Source of the DNA: Diplonema japonicum
Lineage: Eukaryota > Protista > Euglenozoa: Diplonemea
Direction: 5' to 3'
Assembly: GCA_964019335.1 (NCBI GenBank)
Contig: OZ025651.1
Span: 744,001 to 808,000 of the forward strand
Length of the DNA: 64,000 nt
Positions 56,565-64,000 of the stretch are shown piece after piece (positions within the stretch are counted from its first letter, which is position 1; the number at the start of each line of letters is the position of its first letter). The notes under the pieces were generated by a model, which did no database searches, was not told the DNA's origin, and worked only from the letters and a program-made list of their open reading frames with translations. The position numbers were made by a program, and so were the translations under genes.

Positions 56565-58518
56565 ATGGCGGCAATCCCGGCAGTTGAAAAGTCATCGCTT
56601 CGTGGTGTGGGTCTCGCCTTGGTATCCGGTCCAGCTGGAGGTGCTGCTGCTTCTCGAAGCGGCAAGCCGAGCAGGAACGAGAAACTGAAGGCCGAGTCGG
56701 GTCACCTTCGGGGGACATTGAAAGAGGAGCTGGGCAACCTTGCGAAACCCGGGTTCGGAAAGACGTCTGGCGACCTGCTCAAGTTCCACGGTATCTACCA
56801 GGAACAGAACAGGGACATGGACGCCAAGTCCCCCGCGAACCCCGCCATCTTCATGCTTAGAGGCCGTATCTCGGGCGGTAGGATGACCCCTGAGCAGTAC
56901 CTGATGTACGATAAACTCGCGTCGCAGTACGGACACGGCAGTATCAGACTGACCACCCGTCAGACGATTCAATTCCACTGGGTGTGTGGCAAAAAAAAAT
57001 ATGAAAAAAGGAAATTCAAATAAAAACAGATTTCCAAAGGCGACCTGAAGCCTGTGTTCAAAGGTCTGAACGACGTTCTCTCGGAATCGAAGGGAGCCTG
57101 CGGAGACATCGTGAGGAACGTAACATGCGTCCCCAACGTCTTCAACGACCCTTTCCTCGTCGAGGTTTGCATTTTTTTTTTTTTTTTTTTTTCAAAAAAA
57201 AATAATTTTTTCTTTCCAGGTGGAGAAGACCGCAAAATCGTTGTCGGACCACTTCCGCAGCAGTGCCAACGCTTACAATGAAATCTGGCTTGACGGGAAG
57301 CAGGTCAACGTCGATGAGGAGCGCGAGTCTGTCTACGGCGAGAAGTACCTTCCGAGAAAGTTCAAGATCGGCGTCACCGCCGAGGGAAACAACTCGATCG
57401 ACCTCCTCACCAACGACATGGGCATCTCCGCGACTAAAGGCACAGACGGGAAAATCTCAGGCTACCACGTGTACGTCGGCGGCGGCCACGGCAGATCCCA
57501 CAACGCACCCGACACATGGGCAGGCCACGCACAACACCTCGGCTGGGTCGAAAAGGGAAAACTCATGGACATCGCGGAATCCGTCGTCAAGGTTCAACGC
57601 GACGCAGGCGACCGTTCCAACAGAAAGCACGCTCGCATGAAGTACACTGTGGACGACAACGGCCTCGACTGGATCAGGGAACAGGTTGAAAGCCGCTCCG
57701 GAATCAAGTTGGAACCCCCTGGTGCAAGGTCCATCAAGGACTGGTCAGTACCCAAGTACACAGGATGGCACACTATGCAGGACGGGAGCTTGTCCCTTGG
57801 CGTACACGTGATGTCAGGGCGTATCATTGACCAGCAGGGTTCGTTCCTCAAATCCGCTATTGCGCAGGCTGTTAAAAAGTTCAACCTTAACGTGGAGCTG
57901 CTTCCCGATCAGGACATCATGTTGAAGAATATCCCGTCGTCTGCTAAGGATGAGATCACGAAGATTTTCCAGCAGAACCGTGTGGACCTTAAGGCGCCGC
58001 CTAAGGTGTTTGAGAGGGCCATGGCGTGCGTGGCATTCCCGACGTGTTCGCTTGCTATTGCAGAGAGTGAGAGGTACCTCCCGCATCTTCTTCCCAAGAT
58101 GAACTCGTTGTTGAAGAAGCACGGTTTTAAGGACGAGGCTCCTGTTCTTAGGATAACAGGTTGTCCTAACGGCTGCGCTCGGCCTTATACTGCGGAGTTG
58201 GCGCTTGTTGGTCAGGAGCCAGCTAAGGATACAACTGGTGGGGCTTACCAGGTGTACGTTGGTGGTGCTGCCAACGGGTCGCGTCTTGCTGAATTGTTTG
58301 TGGAGAAATGGCCTGCTGCGCAGATGGCGCCTCTTATGGACCAGCTATTTTCTGCTTGGAAGAAAAACCGCACCCCCGGTGAGACATTTGGTGATTTCAC
58401 CCACAGAGTGCCCAGGACTGAGCTTAACGATATGGTGAAGGTGATCCCTCAGACAATGAGGCTTGATTCAGTGTCGAAAAGGTGTGGTGTCACCCCTGGT
58501 ACTGAAAAAGAGTCGTAA
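56565..58518 (+). CDS. Sulfite reductase hemoprotein (siroheme/4Fe-4S), ferredoxin-dependent Sir-like
   Basis: LKFHGIYQ..RD, LTTRQTIQFH, ACGD.VRNV, YLPRKFKI, ACVAFPTC, ITGCPNGCARP. Introns at 56982-57029 and 57165-57219. Confidence 0.9.
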
Positions 58519-58703
58519 AGAGGGTTTTGTTATTTAAAAGGGTTTACACTCGAATTTAAAAGGGAAAAAAAAAAAAAAAAAAAAAAATTCAAAAAAAAAA
58601 ATGATGAAAAAAGAAAAAAAAATAAGCAGGGATTTAGTTAAAAAAAAGATCCCTGTGTATTTTTTTTTTATTTTATTTTTTTTTTTATTGAGGCTTCCTA
58701 TCT

Positions 58704-58736
<33 letters not shown>

Positions 58737-59545
58737 TTCTTTCGACAACAAAAAAGAAAGAAAATGGAAAAAAAAAAAAAGAAACAAGGGGGTGAAAAAA
58801 ATTTTTTTTAATAAATAAAAGAGAACACCGCTGTATTGTTTTTCTCTGTCTTCTTTCTTATTCCACTCTCCCCTCCCCCCCCCCCATTTTCCTCTCTATT
58901 TATCCCTTCCTAGGTTTTTTTTTCTTTATTTTTTTCTTTATTGTGTACCCCCCTTTATTCATGAAGGATCAACGAAAGGCTGCAAGGACATTACGGCGTT
59001 TTTTTCGGGGTCCGAAGACATTTTGGGGTACCGTAGCGATTTTTTTTTCTCCCGTTATTTGAACGCACTTTTTTTTTTTTTTTCCCTTTCCCCAATTTTT
59101 TTAACTTCAAAAAAAAAAAAAAAAAAAAAAAAAAAGAAGAAAGGAATCCGGTTGTGGGGCGAGCGAGAGTGTGTACAGCAAGGAGGGGGAGAAAAAAATA
59201 AGGGACAATGGAAAAAAAAAATGAAGGAAGGCTAGCAAAAAAAAAAAAGTTTTAAAAAAAAACCGAATTTTAAGGGTTACGAGTGAAGAAGAAGGAAAAA
59301 AAAAATAAGAAGACAAGAGGGGCAAAAGGTGTAAGAAGAAGGGGGAGGGGGAAATGGGGGGAGGTGGGAACCAAGAAAGGAGCAGGCTTTTATTCTCCTT
59401 TCGTATAGTTTTCATCACCATATCCCCTTTTTACCCCCCCTTTTTTTTTCTCTACCAACTTTTTTCCCCTCTTTGTTTCTTTCTAGTGTTTTTTTTTTTT
59501 ACTTATTTTTTTTCGTATCTCCAACCCCCATTTAATTTTGTTTCT

Positions 59546-59581
<36 letters not shown>

Positions 59582-59889
59582 AAAAGCAATTCCCATGCTT
59601 TTTTATAAAGAAAAAGCTTTGAAAAAAAAAAAGCCGTTTTTTTTTTTCTTCTCTCCCAGCACACACTCTCCTTTGTGTTCCCCCTTTCTCTCTCCGCTCT
59701 TTTTTTTCTTTTTTTTCTTCTTCTTTTTTTCCTTTTCCTCCAAAACCCTCCTGAGAAAAAAAAAAAAAAAAAAAAAAACCGAACAAACAGGTTTCTTACT
59801 GCTGTTTTCATATTTTTTTTTATTTTTTCCTTTTTTTTTCCCCTGCCATTTCAAAAAAAAAAGTTCTCACAGGAGGAGGGGGAAAAAAA

Positions 59890-62517
59890 ATGTCGTCGGA
59901 CCTCCCCCCAGAACTGCTTAATGCGGTGAACAAAAAACTCAAAACAGAGGTGGAAGCGAAGGAAAGAAAACTGGCAACGTTGCAAAAGGAGATGGCGAAG
60001 GAATCACACCTGATCGAGAAGAACACAAAGGGGAAGCAAAAACACGAATCCGAAATTCGCTCGTTGAAAATCGCATTAGATCTGAAAGACGCGGAACGGA
60101 CATCCGAGGAAGACTTTCTACAAAAAGCCACAAGAGAGGCCAGCAAAATGCTCAAAGACTCCGAAAAAGCAAAAACCCGGTACACCGAACTTAAAACACA
60201 AACACATCAAAAATCCACGTCCGTCAAAAAATGCAAAATGGCAATATCAACGTTCCTGAAGCAAAACAAAATCTCTGAGGAAAAACTGCAAGAACTCATA
60301 AACAAGCAAGGCAGCAAGGAGTCCATAGCAGATGCTCTATCACAAATGTCTGCTGAGACAACAAAAAAATACAACAATCTCATCGATAAAAGGGATTCAC
60401 TATCGACAGCCGCCAACGAAGCCCGCCTGAACCTCCTGACCGAGACAAAGAACCTCGATATAATTCACAACGAGCTGCAGAAAACGCTAACAGACATGCA
60501 CACCGCCCACACAGAGAGAAAAACAGTCCTTGAGCAGTACCGAAGTGCAGTTTTAATGACACAAAACTTGGAAGACAGACTGAAAACAGCAGCAACTGAA
60601 TCCAAAAAAATGGAAAGCGTGACAATAAACGCAGAACAGCGGTTGAAAGACTATGAGTTACAGCTCAAGAACCACAATGAAGAAAACACAAGCATCGAAG
60701 CAAAATGCCTCAAAACCCAAGAACAAATCGACAAAATCCGCAGCGTAAACATGTCAAGACAAACCGAAGCCGACGACCTCGACGCCTTGAAAGCATCTCT
60801 CCAAACAGAGCTCGCAAGGGCCGCGCGGCAGCTGGACGAAACCCGGCGTGAAATCGACGGGAAAAAACAGGAAATCGAGCGAAACAAAAACAACCTCCTC
60901 CAATCCGAACACGATCTTCTTCAGGCAGCCGAACAACTCGCTTCCATAGAGTCCCACAAGGACAACGAAGACAAACTTCTCAAAAACATCGACGACATGC
61001 GAAAGAACTTCATCGCGAGACTGAATAAATCGATTAAAACAGTACGCGCTTACGAGAAAACGATCTCAGAGGAGTCGCAAATCCTCGAAACTGCCGGCGA
61101 AGCCGCGACGGAGTTAGAAACCCGCGTCGCAACACTTCAAAGACACGGAAGGAAAACCCGTCAAGATCTCACCGCCGCACGTAAAAGGCTCACCGAGTAC
61201 ACCAGTATAGACGCCGGGCTCAAAGCATCCAAAGAAGCCCGAGAAAACCGCCTTCTCGACATGAAAGATCAGCTGAAATCGTACAAAAAAGATCTTTTAG
61301 ACCAAGCAGTGGCGCTTCAAGAAGCATTACAACAGCGTCAAATAGCCACAGGGCCCATCGCGGCTGGACTAATATCTATTCAAGCAAAACTGTCTCAAGC
61401 ATCGGGTGAGCTGTCCGAGGCGAGCGAGGAAATAAAACAACGCAACGAAGAGCTGAAGCTCACCGAGGCAGACGTCGCGGCGACAAGCGCAAAGATCGCG
61501 AGAAATCTCCTGAAGAAAAAGGAAAAGGAAAAGGCGGCGAAGCTAGTGAAGTGCACAGAAGAAAAAACCCGCGGACAGCTCTCCATGGTTTTACACGATG
61601 TTGAAACCGAGGAGATCCACCAGGTCAACCTTCACAACGAAGTTGGCGAACGACTAGCCGCCGTCTCCACCCACCACGACGACCTGAAGCACACCCTTCG
61701 CACGGTAGAAGAAGAACGTCGATCCCTCGGCATTGAACTCCAAGAAAAACAAACAACCGTCACACAACTCAAAACACGATACAATGAGATCATGAAGGCA
61801 GTCCACACCGCCGGTGCCATCCTTGATGAAGACGCCACACCCCTTAACGAAGGGGAACACAATGACAAACGAGACGAAGACCTTGAAAACATGGGCCCCG
61901 AGGAGATCCACGCACGGTACATCGCGAACTCCGCGAGCATCCGCATGAGGCTCCAAGCGTACGGCGATAACCTCGACAAGCAACTCGTGGAGGCTGAACG
62001 GGACGACAGACGCCTTCAGAAAATGATGGAAAAAATGGGTGTGGCTCATCATGATAAGAAATCCAAGCTTGCAACCCTTGCATGGGACAACCCCACTGTG
62101 TGTGAAGAACTCGCTGTAATCGATGGTAGTCCCGACCGTGAGCTCGCGGCTCTTCGCGAGTCTTGTAAGAACCTCAAAACTGAGATAGCTTTTTACACGC
62201 GTGATATCGATGAGAAGACCAAACGGCTTCGCAGGTTGAAGTCCAAAAAGAGGCCTCTCCTGTCCCTGCAGCGATGGGCCCTCACCGCGTCGAAGACGGA
62301 TCGTTCTGTGTATGGGGTGTACCGCAGAGTCCTCGAGGCGAACGGGCTTGCTCCCGAGCTCGTTCGCACAGCTTCCCGTCCTGCCAAGAACCGGTCTTCC
62401 TCGGCCCGTCCCATGGGCGCTGTCGGAAGAAAACCCCTTGCACCGTGTAAAACCGCTGTTTCCGTGCAGAACCAAAGCAAGATGTTTATGCTCACGGGCA
62501 GGCATGTGGGGTGTTGA
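59890..62517 (+). CDS. CCDC39/FAP59-like axonemal coiled-coil protein
   Basis: 875-aa coiled coil; YIANSA..RLQAYGDNLDKQLVEAE matches the CCDC39 LQxxGDxLD motif. Confidence 0.62.
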   Translation: MSSDLPPELLNAVNKKLKTEVEAKERKLATLQKEMAKESHLIEKNTKGKQKHESEIRSLKIALDLKDAERTSEEDFLQKATREASKMLKDSEKAKTRYTELKTQTHQKSTSVKKCKMAISTFLKQNKISEEKLQELINKQGSKESIADALSQMSAETTKKYNNLIDKRDSLSTAANEARLNLLTETKNLDIIHNELQKTLTDMHTAHTERKTVLEQYRSAVLMTQNLEDRLKTAATESKKMESVTINAEQRLKDYELQLKNHNEENTSIEAKCLKTQEQIDKIRSVNMSRQTEADDLDALKASLQTELARAARQLDETRREIDGKKQEIERNKNNLLQSEHDLLQAAEQLASIESHKDNEDKLLKNIDDMRKNFIARLNKSIKTVRAYEKTISEESQILETAGEAATELETRVATLQRHGRKTRQDLTAARKRLTEYTSIDAGLKASKEARENRLLDMKDQLKSYKKDLLDQAVALQEALQQRQIATGPIAAGLISIQAKLSQASGELSEASEEIKQRNEELKLTEADVAATSAKIARNLLKKKEKEKAAKLVKCTEEKTRGQLSMVLHDVETEEIHQVNLHNEVGERLAAVSTHHDDLKHTLRTVEEERRSLGIELQEKQTTVTQLKTRYNEIMKAVHTAGAILDEDATPLNEGEHNDKRDEDLENMGPEEIHARYIANSASIRMRLQAYGDNLDKQLVEAERDDRRLQKMMEKMGVAHHDKKSKLATLAWDNPTVCEELAVIDGSPDRELAALRESCKNLKTEIAFYTRDIDEKTKRLRRLKSKKRPLLSLQRWALTASKTDRSVYGVYRRVLEANGLAPELVRTASRPAKNRSSSARPMGAVGRKPLAPCKTAVSVQNQSKMFMLTGRHVGC

Positions 62518-62718
62518 ACGTAAGCATTATTGGTCTCTCTTCTATCCCCCGCCCCTGCAACGGGGACAAATGTTGACTCCCTTTCTTTTAGATTTTGCCC
62601 ATTCGTTTATGGTTAGTATATTTCTTTTTTTTTTTTTTTTTTTGAATTATTGCGTGTCAGTACTATGAATAGAAGAAAGGAAAACAAAAAAAAAAAGAAA
62701 AGAAAAAAATAAAATACA

Positions 62719-63426
62719 ATGAACGGTGCACCAACAATCAACTCCGAGTACAGCTTCCCGAAGGAGAAGCTTGCTGAGTTCAAACAGGCTGTGAAAGATG
62801 TCTTCTACACCCCAGAGGGGAAGGAGTGGGCGGTCTTTGGCTACAACGACGAAGGTAGCAGGTGCGTCCTGAGATCGGGTTTCGAGAATGCAGAGCTGGC
62901 GAAGATCGGCGTTGCTTTCACTGCATTCCACAAGAAAATCGCTGAGTACACCACTGTTGAAAAGTGCCAGATCCATGCTAGTGAAGAAGATCTTGCGACC
63001 TTCAAGGCCACCCCTGCAGCGGAGAACGTGAAAGAGTTTTTTGTTGCAGTCCCAGGTGCCTTTCGCAAGGGGCCTTCCGACGCGAGCACCTTAACACTGT
63101 CACCTTACTTCTCTGTGAAGGACGCTGACAAGGTGAAAGCCTTTCTTCCCGAATTCTCTGCAGCCACCAAAGACGAAACCGAGTGTTTGTTCTATGGCTG
63201 GACGAAGAACACTGCCGACCCCACTGTGATCCACTGCAGGGAGGGCTACACCTGTGCCGCAGGGCTCATGACCCACCTTGGCAACGTGGACGCACTGCTG
63301 AAAAAAATGTTGGCTCCTGAGCTGGCTTCGATTTCTTACTTGGAGTGCCACGGGTCGCGTGCTGAGGTGGAAAAGGTCAAGGAAGCCCTTGTACCTCTTG
63401 GTACTGTCTTCTACTACACTGATTAG
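62719..63426 (+). CDS. Tandem dimeric alpha-beta barrel (ABM-like) protein
   Basis: Two similar halves; the second has CLFYGW..CREGY..AAGLMTHL.NV..LECHG..E. Confidence 0.6.
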   Translation: MNGAPTINSEYSFPKEKLAEFKQAVKDVFYTPEGKEWAVFGYNDEGSRCVLRSGFENAELAKIGVAFTAFHKKIAEYTTVEKCQIHASEEDLATFKATPAAENVKEFFVAVPGAFRKGPSDASTLTLSPYFSVKDADKVKAFLPEFSAATKDETECLFYGWTKNTADPTVIHCREGYTCAAGLMTHLGNVDALLKKMLAPELASISYLECHGSRAEVEKVKEALVPLGTVFYYTD

Positions 63427-64000
63427 GATGTGGAAGGGAAGAAAAAGTGCTATGTTGGCAAGAAACGGGGATTCCTTATTTTTCAGATACTTAAGAGAAA
63501 CGTGTCCACTTCTTAAGAAACGGCCTCAGAATAAGGAAACGCTCCCGTATCCGTTTCTTTATTTTCAAAAAGAAACTTGGAAATGCGTTTCCTTGCCAAC
63601 ATAGCCCTAGTAGTAAAATGGGTTTTTCAATTTCGCCAGTGCAGAGTACTGGAGCCACCTTATCCAATTTTCTTTTAAAAAATTCCTTTTCACTTTTACC
63701 TACGTTTTTAAGGGGTCACATGTGGGCATCCACACCTACCGTTTGTTTTGTTCGCGGTGGTCATTGCAAGAGCGTCAATACGTCTTGGTAAAAGATCGCC
63801 CCTTTTCTTTTTCTTTCCCATTCTTTACACGCGGCTTTTTCCCCCCCTTTTTTTTTAAATGTCTCTTTTTTTTTTTTTTTTTTTCTGGGCGTGAGGCGAC
63901 GACAGGGAGCGACACAAGAACAGAAAGCAAGAAACTATTCGAGAAAGATGAACGAGAGAGATGCAGTGCGAGGCAAAAGGTAGCCTTACCTCGTCGAAGG

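Noticed and set aside
2783-57219. Programmed frameshifting on poly-A to explain split ORFs
   Set aside because: Every break is bounded by GT..AG, and removing it restores the frame and, where present, conserved motifs.
560-62505. Long minus-strand ORFs (e.g. 3977-4861, 16071-16934, 24169-25278, 29730-30827, 61654-62505)
   Set aside because: Antisense shadows of well-supported + strand genes.
1-64000. CRISPR arrays, tRNA or rRNA genes
   Set aside because: No repeat-spacer periodicity, cloverleaf or rRNA signature was seen by eye; a covariance search would be needed to exclude small RNAs.

Overview
Eukaryotic nuclear DNA, most likely from a diplonemid (Euglenozoa). This assignment is an inference from a near-complete diplonemid-type spliced-leader (SL) sequence at 33060-33098, 22 protein genes all on the + strand, and short GT-AG introns. 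Intergenic DNA is dominated by A, T, C and G homopolymer runs, so most short ORFs in the track are artefacts. Genes, in order: DHHC palmitoyltransferase (3' part), small membrane protein, DCC1, two tandem kinesins, SAM/WW protein, hypothetical, fold-III PLP decarboxylase, USP7-like, kinase-B-box-LRR, beta-ureidopropionase (ends -AKL), ataxin-2/PBP1, BCAT, kinase-like hypothetical, EDEM/GH47 mannosidase, inactive TRF4-like nucleotidyltransferase, LIM-pseudokinase, SCYL-like, sulfotransferase, ferredoxin-type sulfite reductase, CCDC39-like, tandem ABM-barrel protein. I reconstructed 26 introns by hand. Most have a poly(A)/purine tract where a polypyrimidine tract is expected, and 24 of 26 have T at donor +4. 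The most unusual elements are two non-coding insertions (about 6406-7135 and 10309-10570). They share little sequence but have the same architecture: a ~150-nt hairpin with tandem G.A mismatches and a GCGAAGC apex, a TTTTATTTAA junction, an inverted-repeat pair, and an AGTTAT end. One sits in a kinesin intron whose paralog preserves the empty site. Also present: an intron found in only one kinesin paralog, a piggyBac with a TTAG target duplication, two mosaic fragment copies of the LRR-kinase gene, and retroelement debris. All calls come from reading the sequence; no searches were run.
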